Of a stretch of DNA of 32,000 nucleotides, positions 1 through 10,244 are shown piece by piece. The DNA comes from Candidatus Saccharimonadota bacterium (GTDB lineage: Bacteria; Patescibacteriota; Gracilibacteria; BD1-5; UBA6164): contig OZ245768.1 of the NCBI GenBank assembly GCA_965227835.1, forward strand, positions 1,440,001 through 1,472,000, in the 5' to 3' direction. Numbering within the stretch: position 1 is the first letter of the stretch; each line of letters opens with the position of its first letter. The notes under the pieces are model-generated. The model had not been told where the DNA came from. It did no database searches and saw only the letters and a program-made list of their open reading frames with translations. A program made the translations under genes and the position numbers.

Positions 1-600
1 AAATTTCATTTCAATCTGTATCAATAAATCACCGTTTTTCAGCTTTTTCAACTCTGGCAAAACCTTCATTAAAATCTCATACATCATCATAAACTAATTC
101 TCAAATTTCTTTTCAATTTGTATCAATAAATCACCGTTTATCACCTTTTTCAACTTGAGCAAAACCTTCGTTAAAATGTCATACATCATCATAAACTAAT
201 TCTCAAATTTCATTTCAATCTGTATCAATAAATCACTGTTTTTTACCTTTTTTAACTGGAGCAAAACCTCCGTTAAATTCATATACATAATCATAAAAAT
301 TTGGAAATTCTTTTCAATTTGTATCAATAAATCACCATTTTTTACCTTTTTTAACTTGAGCAAAACCTTCTCTAAATTCATATACATAATCATAAAAATT
401 TGGAAATTCTTTTCAATCTGTATCAATAAATCACCGTTTTTCATCTTTTTTAACTTGAGCAAAACCTTCATTAAAATCTCATACATAATCATAAACTAAT
501 TCTCAAATTTTATTTCAATCTATATCAATAAATCACCGTTTTTCATCTTTTTTAACTCTAGCAAAACCTTCTTTAAAATCGTCTATATAATCATAAAAAT
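1..600 (-). repeat. 102-bp (34-codon) tandem coding repeats, WG-type, inside paralog 1 (>=6 copies, continues off window)
   Basis: The unit 'aaatttcatttcaatctgtatcaataaatcaccg...' recurs with a 102-nt period (for example 1 and 103). Two alternating subtypes are present ('...cataaactaattctcaaatttc' and '...cataaaaatttggaaattc'). Confidence 0.9.
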
Positions 601-3076
601 TTGAAATTAATTTTCATTCTTTATTAATGATTCAGTAAATATCATCCTTTTTCCCAATTGCAACTCCATCTTTATATTGTCATGTTCTATCCCAAAAATA
701 TTCTGATTCAATTCAATCTCAATCTCTATCAACAAACCAATATCCTCAATCCCTTTCTATACATACAAATTTTTCTCCTTCCTTAAACTTTTTTAATACT
801 TCATCTCCAAACATATTTCTAATATCTTTATCATTTCCAAGTTTCTTTAAATCAGCTTCTATTTCCATTCCAACAGCTTCAAATTTTTCCAAGAAATATC
901 ATCATAAATCATTTACAAAATCTATAAAAGGTTCTTCAAATCCTGAGGCCCAACCTAACTTTGCTAAAGAATCTATATCCTCTTTAGGGATTTCAAAATC
1001 TTTTTTTCACTCCATATCCTCCAACAATCTATTAGCAATAACCCCTATCTCATACCGATTTTCATTTCAATCATTTTTAACTGAAGACTTTGCTAAATAT
1101 TGTAAGAATTCTTCTTGCTTTTTAGTATTATCTGAAAAATCTATCTCATCTAGCTTTCTAATTTCATAAGGATCTAGGTTTGCCAAATCATAGGGATCAA
1201 TAAATTTTGTTCCAGAATCTTTAAAAATATCATTATCAGACATAATATTTCTATCCAAATCAGTTCTATCAACATCAATCATCCTATCTTCAAGCAATCA
1301 AATATCAGATTTTATAATTAATCAATTTTGAGAAAAAATTTTAATCAAAAGTAATCTATCAATAGTAGGATAGGCAGGGTTTGATAAGAAATCAGCAATT
1401 TTTATTTTTATAAACTTTTTAAAATCAAATTGAGACCCCCTAAATCCATTAAACAAAGAAACAAATTTTCAAATTTCAAGGATAGCTTTTTGCAAATGAA
1501 CTCAAGATTTATCAGATAATCCCAAAGAAATTTTCAGTTCAGATCATTTTCATAAATAACTATCTTCTATCTCTTTCAAAGCTTTAACAAGATTATAAAG
1601 AATTCAATCTTTTCACAGTTCTTCTTTACTTAATCAATATATATAACCTTGGGATTCCATCATATGAATTAGAGCCAAATCATAGGCTTCATTATTATTT
1701 AAATAAGATACTTGTATTCAACTAAATAATCTAAGTATAGCAGGATCTATTTCCTCTCTATCAGGGTGTTTTTCTGATTTAATATTTGCAGTAGCAATTA
1801 TTCAAGTAGAATGTAGGGTAATTCTACTATTAGAATCTTCTTGAGGGGCATATTGGCTTCACGATTTTAGAGTAAAAAGATGCTTTACCCTCATAATAAC
1901 ATCATTAGGAATCAAATCTATTTCATCAATAATAGGAACTTTTCATTCAACAAAAGCCTTTAACAATTTTCAAAGTTCAGTAGTGGTTTCTATTTCTCAT
2001 TTTAAAGCAGGTTTTGCAATGAAATCAGAAGCAGTAATTCAAGAATGTCCTGATAATACCATAGCAAAATCATCAACAATTCAAGAATTTTTCTTTGGAC
2101 TGGCACTCCTTATATCATTAATCAAACTTTTTCAAGAAATATCACTATAACTTCTATTTAAGCTTTCAACTGCCTTGACAGCCAAGACGGTTTTACCAGT
2201 TCAAGTAGGTCATGCCAACAATATATTTTCTCCCATTAATAATTTTTCTGTAACACAATCAATTATTTTTTTTCTAGACTCAAAAGTAACAAATCCACTA
2301 TCTTCTAATTCTTTTTTCCAACTTTTCAATTTGTTTAATCTATAAACAGTTGCATTTTCTCTAGAATTTAGCAATTGATTTATTTTTCTTTCTTCCTGTT
2401 TAATCTTTTTTTGAATTTGTTTAATTTTACTCACCTCCGCAGGATTGAGACTTTTTCCTGAAATAAAAGATTTTATCCTTAGAGAAAGAATAATTTTTTC
2501 AGCCTTTTTGATAGTACTCTCTATCTTTAATATTTCAAAAACTCCTTTTTTTCAATTATTAATTATTTCAAACTTATCTTTTCTTTTATTTAATTCATCT
2601 AGATATAAACTTCTTACATCCTCATTACTATAAAGTTCTCTGATTCTTTCAAGATCATTTACTTCTAATCATTCAGATAGAATATAATCTAAACTATCAT
2701 CATCTTCTTCTATACCATTATTTTCAAAATCTTCTCATAATTTTCATCTTATATACAAATCTATTCATTTTTTTAATTCATCTTTTTTTTCATTATACTT
2801 TTTTTCTTTTTCTTTTATTATTTTTTCAAGCTTTGAAGTTTCTTCTTTTTTATATTCTACTTCTTCTCAATCAATTATGTCTTTTACTTTATTTTTTGAT
2901 CAATTTTTTAATCATTCAAGTCATCTTTTTAATCTTTTTATCAATTTAAAATCCTCTTTTAATATTTCTTTAAAATTATCTTTAGAAAAATATGTTCAGA
3001 CTAAACTTGCTAATTCTACCCCACCAGATTCTATTTCAGAGATTTTATCAGGATTTTCATTTATATTATTATTCAT
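1..3076 (-). CDS. Coiled-coil / AAA+ (AAA_5, MoxR-like) ATPase / WG-repeat protein, paralog 1 (3' end beyond window; divergent ATPase cassette)
   Basis: Table-25 frame is open from ATG 3076-3074 (in-frame TAA at 3097-3095 just upstream) down to position 2, with no TAA/TAG. Hand translation: MNNNINENPDK..., a K/E-rich N-region of about 215 aa, then Walker A LLAGPTGTGKT (two motif Gly are TGA at 2212-2210 and 2203-2201). Walker B VPIIDEIDLIP, IIATAN and DPAILRLF follow, then a helical linker and 34-aa repeats GFIDTDGNEIGELVYDDVGDFNEGFA.V. Confidence 0.85.
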
Positions 3077-3106
3077 TTTCTGTTTTTTAAAACATTATTT
3101 ATAAAT

Positions 3107-3136
3107 ATTTTAACATAATTATATGTTTTTATGCAA
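3107..3136 (-). promoter_or_regulatory. Putative sigma70-like promoter of paralog 1 (TTGCAT-N18-TGtTAAAAT on minus strand)
   Basis: Minus strand reads TTGCAT (3136-3131), an 18-nt spacer ending in TGt, then TAAAAT (3112-3107), about 30 nt upstream of ATG 3076. Sequence resemblance only, in AT-rich DNA. Confidence 0.3.
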
Positions 3137-3216
3137 GTATTTTTATTTATAGAAATAATTTTTTATATTTAAATTAAAGATATTCAAATATTTGATTTAA
3201 TTTTGAGGAAAGATAT

Positions 3217-3271
3217 CAAAAAAAGAGCAGAAGATTAGCTTTTGTTTTAAATTATATTCTGCTCTTTTTTT
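3217..3271 (-). terminator. Rho-independent-type hairpin downstream of paralog 2
   Basis: Arms agagcagaa (3224-3232) and ttctgctct (3257-3265) are flanked by an A-run and a T-run. On the minus strand the hairpin is followed by a T-run. Confidence 0.6.
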
Positions 3272-3311
3272 AAATATTTAGTATATTTGATATAAAAATT
3301 TATGTATTATT

Positions 3312-6300
3312 TTATTTTTTTGGTATTTTTTTACAAAACTTTCAATTTGTATCAATAAATCACAATTCTTTACCTTTTTTAACTGGAGCAAAACCTTCAT
3401 TAAAATCTCATACATCATCATAAATTAATTCTCAAATTTCATTTCAATCTGTATCAATAAATCACCGTTTTTTACCTTTTTTAACTGGAGCAAAACCTTC
3501 ATTAAAATCTCATACATCATCATAAACTAATTCTCAAATTTCATTTCAATCTGTATCAATAAATCACCGTTTTTTACCTTTTTTAACTATAGCAAAACCC
3601 TCATTAAAATCTCATACATCATCATAAACTAATTCTCAAATTTCATTTCAATCTGTATCAATAAATCACCGTTTTTCACCTTTTTTAACTCTAGCAAAAC
3701 CTTTGTTAAAACTTAATACATCATCATAAACTAATTCTCAAATTTCATTTCAATCTGTATCAATAAATCACAGTTTTTTACCTTTTTTAACTATAGCAAA
3801 ACCTTCTTTAAAGCCCCATACATCATCATAAACTAATTCTCAAATTTCTTTTCAATTTGTATCAATAAATCACCGTTTTTTACCTTTTTTAACTTTAGCA
3901 AAACCTTCTTTAAAGCCCCATACATCATCATAAACTAATTCTCAAATTTCATTTCAATCTATATCAATAAATCACCGTTTTTTACCTTTTTTAACTTTAG
4001 CAAAACCCTCTTTAAAATCGTATATATAATCATAAAAATTTGAAATTAATTTTCATTCTTTATTAATGAGTCAGTAAATATTATCCTTTTTCCCAATTGC
4101 AACTCCATCTTTATATTCTCATATACTATCCCAAAAATATTCTGATTCAATTCAATCTCAATCTCTATCAACAAACCAATATCCTCAATCACTTTCTATA
4201 CATACAAATTTTTCTCCTTCCTTAAACTTTTTTATTAATTCATCTACAACAGCTTCAAATTTTTCCAAGAAATATCATCATAAATTCTTTATAACTTCTG
4301 CAAAATCATTTTCAAATCCTGATTTTCAAGCTAACTCTATCAAACTATCTATATCCTCTTTAGAAATTTCAAAATCTTTTTTTCACTCCATATCCTCCAA
4401 CAATCTATTAGCAATAACCCCTATCTCATACCGATTTTTATTTCACTCATTTTTAACTGAAGACCTTGCTAAATATTGTAAGAATTTTTTTTGCTTTTTA
4501 TTATTATCTGAAAAACCTATCTCATCTAGCTTTCTAATTTCATAAGGATCTAGGTTTGCCAAATCATAAGAATCAATAAATTTTGTTCCAGAATCTTTAA
4601 AAATATCATTATCAGACATAATATTTCTATCCAAATCATCTCTATCAACATCAATCATCCTATCTTCAAGCAATCAAATATCAGATTTTATAATTAATCA
4701 ATTTTGAGAAAAAATCTTAATCAAAAGTAACCTATCACTCAAAGGATAAGATTCATTTGATATAAATTTTACAATTTTTGTTTTTATAAATTGTTTAAAA
4801 CTAAGTCAAGATTCTTTAAATCATTTAAACATACTTATAAAATTTCATGTTTCAAGAATAGCCTTTTGCAAATAAACTCAAGATTTATCAGATCATCTTA
4901 ATGAAATACTCAAATCAGATCATTTTCATAAATAACTATCTTCTATCTCCTTCAAAGCCTTAATAAGATTAAAAAGAATTCATTCTTTTCATAACTCTTC
5001 TTTACTTAATCAATAAATATAACCTTGAGATTCCATTAAATTCATTATAGCTAAATCATAAGCCTCCTCTTTACTTAGAAAAGGTATTTGTATTCACTTG
5101 TATAATCTAACTATAGCAGGGTCTAGTTCCTCTCTGTCAGGATGTTTTTCTGATTTAATATTTGCTGTTGATATAACACTTGCCTTTTTTAATATATACT
5201 CTTCATCTCAATCTTCTTGAGGAGAATATTTATCTCAAGGTTTTAGAGTAAAAAGATGCTTTACTCTCATAAGAATATCATTAGGAATCAAATCTATTTC
5301 ATCAATAACAGGTATACTTCATTCAACAAAAGATTTTAATAATTTTCATAATTGGGTTCAAGTAGTTGTTCATCATTTTCAATCTGATTTCAAAATGGGT
5401 TTTGCAATAAACTCAGAAGTGGTAATTCAACTATGTCATGAAATTACCCTGGGGCTATAATCTGGATATAATATTTTTAATATTTTTAATGCTAATACTG
5501 TTTTTCAAGTTCAAGTTGCTCATGTAAGGATAACATTTTCTCACATTATTATATTCTCAATTCATTCATCAATTATTTTTTTTCTAGACTCAAAAGTAAC
5601 AAATCCACTATCTTCTAATTCTTTTTTCCAATTTTTCAATTTGTTTAATCTATAAACAGTTGCATTTTCTCTAGAATTTAGCAATTGATTTATTTTTCTT
5701 TCTTCCTGTTTAATCTTTTTTTGAATTTGTTTAATTTTACTCACCTCCGCAGGATTGAGACTTTTTCCTGAAATAAAAGATTTTATCCTTAGAGAAAGAA
5801 TAATTTTTTCAGCCTTTTTGATAGTACTCTCTATCTTTAATATTTCAAAAACTCCTTTTTTTCAATTATTAATTATTTCAAACTTATCTTTTCTTTTATT
5901 TAATTCATCTAGATATAAACTTCTTACATCCTCATTACTATAAAGTTCTCTGATTCTTTCAAGATCATTTACTTCTAATCATTCAGATAGAATATAATCT
6001 AAACTATCATCATCTTCTTCTATACCATTATTTTCAAAATCTTCTCATAATTTTCATCTTATATACAAATCTATTCATTTTTTTAATTCATCTTTTTTTT
6101 CATTATACTTTTTTTCTTTTTCTTTTATTATTTTTTCAAGCTTTGAAGTTTCTTCTTTTTTATATTCTACTTCTTCTCAATCAATTATGTCTTTTACTTT
6201 ATTTTTTGATCAATTTTTTAATCATTCAAGTCATCTTTTTAATCTTTTTATCAATTTAAAATCCTCTTTTAATATTTCTTTAAAATTATCTTTAGAAAAA

Positions 6301-6386
6301 TATGTTCAAACTAAACTTGCTAATTCTACCCCACCAGATTCTATTTCAGAGATTTTATCAGGATTTTCATTTATATTATTATTCAT
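3312..6386 (-). CDS. Coiled-coil / AAA+ (AAA_5, MoxR-like) ATPase / WG-repeat protein, paralog 2 (about 1024 aa)
   Basis: Table-25 frame is open from ATG 6386-6384 to TAA 3314-3312. The repeat part was checked triplet by triplet and the ATPase part was translated. Walker A ILTGATGTGKT, Walker B IPVIDEIDLIP, VISTAN, DPAIVRLY. C-terminus ...ELGFIDTNGKFCKKIPKK*. The standard-code fragments 4443..4673 and 5562..5744 lie in this same frame. Confidence 0.85.
3342..4050 (-). repeat. 102-bp tandem coding repeats (about 7 copies) inside paralog 2
   Basis: Direct reading shows a 102-nt period. The coding frame gives GFIDTDGNEIGELVYDDVGDFNEGFA.VKKGKKR. Confidence 0.9.
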
Positions 6387-6416
6387 TTTCTGTTGTTTAA
6401 AACATTATTTATAAAT

Positions 6417-6446
6417 ATTTTAACATAATTATATGTTTTTATGCAA
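6417..6446 (-). promoter_or_regulatory. Putative promoter of paralog 2 (same motif)
   Basis: Identical motif copy: atttta 6417-6422 and atgcaa 6441-6446 on the plus strand. Confidence 0.3.
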
Positions 6447-6485
6447 GTATTGATTAATATTTGATTTAACTTTGAGGAAAGATAT

Positions 6486-6539
6486 CAAAAAAAGAGCAGA
6501 AGATCAGCTTTTGTTTAAATTAGTTTCTACTCTTTTTTT
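6486..6539 (-). terminator. Rho-independent-type hairpin downstream of paralog 3
   Basis: Arms agagcagaa (6493-6501) and ttctactct (6525-6533), with one mismatch, flanked by A/T runs. Confidence 0.5.
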
Positions 6540-6579
6540 AAATATTTAGTATATTTGATATAAAAATTTATGTATTATT

Positions 6580-9500
6580 TTATTTTTTTGGTATTTTTTT
6601 ACAAAACCTTCAATTTGTATCAATAAATCACAATTCTTTACCTTTTTTAACTGGAGCAAAACCTTCATTAAAATCTCATACATCATCATAAATTAATTCT
6701 CAAATTTCATTTCAATCTGTATCAATAAATCACCGTTTTTTACCTTTTTTAACTCTGGCAAAACCTTCATTAAAATCTCATACATCATCATAAACTAATT
6801 CTCAAATTTCATTTCAATCTGTATCAATAAATCACCGTTTTTTACCTTTTTTAACTATAGCAAAACCTTCATTAAAATCTCATACATCATCATAAACTAA
6901 TTCTCAAATTTCATTTCAATCTGTATCAATAAATCACCGTTTTTCACCTTTTTTAACTCTAGCAAAACCTTTGTTAAAACTTAATACATCATCATAAACT
7001 AATTCTCAAATTTCATTTCAATCTGTATCAATAAATCACCGTTTTTCATCTTTTTCAACTCTGGCAAAACCTTCATTAAAATCTCATAAATAATCATAAA
7101 CTAATTCTCAAATTTCATTTCAATCTGTATCAATAAATCACCGTTTTTCAGCTTTTTCAACTCTGGCAAAACCTTCATTAAAATCTCATAAATCATCATA
7201 AAAATTTGGAAATTCTTTTCAATCTGTATCAATAAATCACCGTTTTTTACCTTTTTTAACTGGAGCAAAACCTTCTGAAAAATCGTCTATATAATCATAA
7301 AGATTTGAAATTAATTCTCCTTTTGTGTTTATAAATCACCATTTTTCATCTTTTTCAACTCTAGCAAAACCTTCTCTAAATTCATATACATAATCATAAA
7401 AATTTGGAAATTCTTTTCAATCTGTATCAATAAATCACCGTTTTTCATCTTTTTTAACTTGAGCAAAACCTTCATTAAAATCTCATACATAATCATAAAA
7501 ATTTGGAAATTCTTTTCAATCTGTATCAATAAATCACCGTTTTTCATCTTTTTTAACTTGAGCAAAACCTTCATTAAAATCTCATACATAATCATAAACT
7601 AATTCTCAAATTTCATTTCAATCTATATCAATAAATCACCGTTTTTTACCTTTTTTAACTTTAGCAAAACCCTCTTTAAAATCGTCTATATAATCATAAA
7701 AATTTGAAATTAATTTTCATTCTTTATTAATGAGTCAGTAAATATCATCCTTTTCCCCAATTGCAACTCCATCTTTATATTCTCATATACTATCCCAAAA
7801 ATATTTTCATGGAGTTCAATTTCAATCCCTATCAACAAACCAATATTCTCAATCACTTTCTATACATACAAATTTTTCTCCTTCCTTAAACTTTTTTATT
7901 AATTCATCTACAACAGCTTCAAATTTTTCCAAGAAATATCATCATAAATTCTTTATAACTTCTGCAAAATCATTTTCAAATCCTGATTTTCAAGCTAACT
8001 CTATCAAACTATCTATATCCTCTTTAGAAATTTCAAAATCTTTTTTTCACTCCATATCCTCCAACAATCTATTAGCAATAACCCCTATCTCATACCGATT
8101 TTTATTTCACTCATTTTTAACTGAAGACCTTGCTAAATATTGTAAGAATTTTTTTTGCTTTTTATTATTATCTGAAAAACCTATCTCATCTAGCTTTCTA
8201 ATTTCATAAGGATCTAGGTTTGCCAAATCATAAGAATCAATAAATTTTGTTCCAGAATCTTTAAAAATATCATTATCAGACATAATATTTCTATCCAAAT
8301 CATCTCTATCAACATCAATCATCCTATCTTCAAGCAATCAAATATCAGATTTTATAATTAATCAATTTTGAGAAAAAATCTTAATCAAAAGTAACCTATC
8401 ACTCAAAGGATAAGATTCATTTGATATAAATTTTACAATTTTTGTTTTTATAAATTGTTTAAAACTAAGTCAAGATTCTTTAAATCATTTAAACATACTT
8501 ATAAAATTTCATGTTTCAAGAATAGCCTTTTGCAAATAAACTCAAGACCTATCAGATCATCTTAATGAAATACTCAAATCAGATCATTTTCATAAATAAC
8601 TATCTTCTATCTCCTTCAAAGCCTTAATAAGATTAAAAAGAATTCATTCTTTTCATAACTCTTCTTTACTTAATCAATAAATATAACCTTGAGATTCCAT
8701 TAAATTCATTATAGCTAAATCATAAGCCTCCTCTTTACTTAGAAAAGGTATTTGTATTCACTTGTATAATCTAACTATAGCAGGGTCTAGTTCCTCTCTG
8801 TCAGGATGTTTTTCTGATTTAATATTTGCTGTTGATATAACACTTGCCTTTTTTAATATATACTCTTCATCTCAATCTTCTTGAGGAGAATATTTATCTC
8901 AAGGTTTTAGAGTAAAAAGATGCTTTACTCTCATAAGAATATCATTAGGAATCAAATCTATTTCATCAATAATAGGTATACTTCATTCAACAAAAGATTT
9001 TAATAATTTTCATAATTGGGTTCAAGTGGTTGTTCATCATTTTCAATCTGATTTCAAAATGGGTTTTGCAATAAACTCAGAAGTGGTAATTCAACTATGT
9101 CATGAAATTACCCTGGGGCTATAATCTGGATATAATATTTTTAATATTTTTAATGCTAATACTGTTTTTCAAGTTCAAGTTGCTCATGTAAGGATAACAT
9201 TTTCTCACATTATTATATTCTCAATTCATTCATCAATTATTTTTTTTCTAGACTCAAAAGTAACAAATCCACTATCTTCTAATTCTTTTTTCCAATTTTT
9301 CAATTTGTTTAATCTATAAACAGTTGCATTTTCTCTAGAATTTAGCAATTGATTTATTTTTCTTTCTTCCTGTTTAATCTTTTTTTGAATTTGTTTAATT
9401 TTACTCACCTCCGCAGGATTGAGACTTTTTCCTGAAATAAAAGATTTTACCCTTAGAGATAAAATAATTTTTTCAGCCTTTTTGATAGTACTCTCTATCT

Positions 9501-10050
9501 TTAATATTTCAAAAACTCCTTTTTTTCAATTATTAATTATCTCAAATCTATTTTTTCTTTTATTTAATTCATCTAGATATAAACTCCTTATATCCTCATT
9601 ACTATAAAGTTCTCTGATTCTTTCAAGATCATTTACATCTAATCATTCAGATATTATAGAATCTAAACTATAATAATCATCTTCTATACCACTACTTTCA
9701 AAATCTTCTCATAATTTTCATCTTATATACAAATCTATTCATTTTTTTAATTCATCTTTTTTTTCATTATACTTTTTTTCTTTTTCTTTTATTATTTTTT
9801 CAAGCTTTGAAGTTTCTTCTTTTTTATATTCTACTTCTTCTCAATCAATTATGTCTTTTACTTTATTTTTTGATCAATTTTTTAATCATTCAAGTCATCT
9901 TTTTAATCTTTTTATCAATTTAAAATCCTCTTTTAATATTTCTTTAAAATTATCTTTAGAAAAATATGTTCAAACTAAACTTGCTAATTCTACCCCACCA
10001 GATTCTATTTCAGAGATTTTATCAGGATTTTCATTTATATTATTATTCAT
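6580..10050 (-). CDS. Coiled-coil / AAA+ (AAA_5, MoxR-like) ATPase / WG-repeat protein, paralog 3 (about 1156 aa, longest repeat array)
   Basis: ATG 10050-10048 (TAA at 10056-10054 upstream) to TAA 6582-6580. No in-frame TAA/TAG across 6583-8160 (checked); the remainder is near-identical to paralog 2. Contains canonical EKWGFI (TGG Trp) at about 7340. Confidence 0.85.
6610..7715 (-). repeat. 102-bp tandem coding repeats (about 11 copies) inside paralog 3
   Basis: Same unit as in the other paralogs. Contains an internal degenerate copy of the array-boundary unit at about 7261-7340. Confidence 0.9.
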
Positions 10051-10080
10051 TTTTTATTTATTTAAACATTATTTATAAAT

Positions 10081-10110
10081 ATTTTAACATAATTATATGT
10101 TTTTATGCAA
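10081..10110 (-). promoter_or_regulatory. Putative promoter of paralog 3 (same motif)
   Basis: Identical motif copy: atttta 10081-10086 and atgcaa 10105-10110. Confidence 0.3.
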
Positions 10111-10149
10111 GTATTGATTAATATTTGATTTAACTTTGAGGAAAGATAT

Positions 10150-10205
10150 CAAAAAAAGAGCAGAAGATCAGCTTTTGTTTTAAATTATATTCTGCTCTTT
10201 TTTTA
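10150..10205 (-). terminator. Rho-independent-type hairpin downstream of paralog 4
   Basis: Arms agagcagaa (10157-10165) and ttctgctct (10190-10198), flanked by A/T runs. Confidence 0.6.
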
Positions 10206-10244
10206 AATATTTAGTATATTTGATATAAAAATTTATGTATTATT

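Noticed and set aside
196-492. Track ORFs in the repeat arrays (196..492, 7329..7595, 10358..10555) reading MIMYEILMKVLLKLKKMKNGDLLIQIEKNFQIF...
   Set aside because: Wrong frame of the 102-bp repeats. In most repeat units this frame hits TAG (ctaattctc), whereas the neighbouring frame (ELVYDDVGDFNEGFA.V...GFIDTDGNEIG) stays open through all arrays and joins the upstream ATPase frame.
2445-3104. Plus-strand track ORFs 2445..2633 and 2877..3104, with their copies at 5755..5943, 6187..6414, 9419..9607, 9851..10078, 12580..12768 and 12907..13239.
   Set aside because: They are antisense to the continuous table-25 minus-strand ORFs of the ATPase paralogs. They encode low-complexity F/L/S-rich peptides and exist only because the sense strand is K/E-rich (AAA/GAA read backwards gives TTT/TTC).
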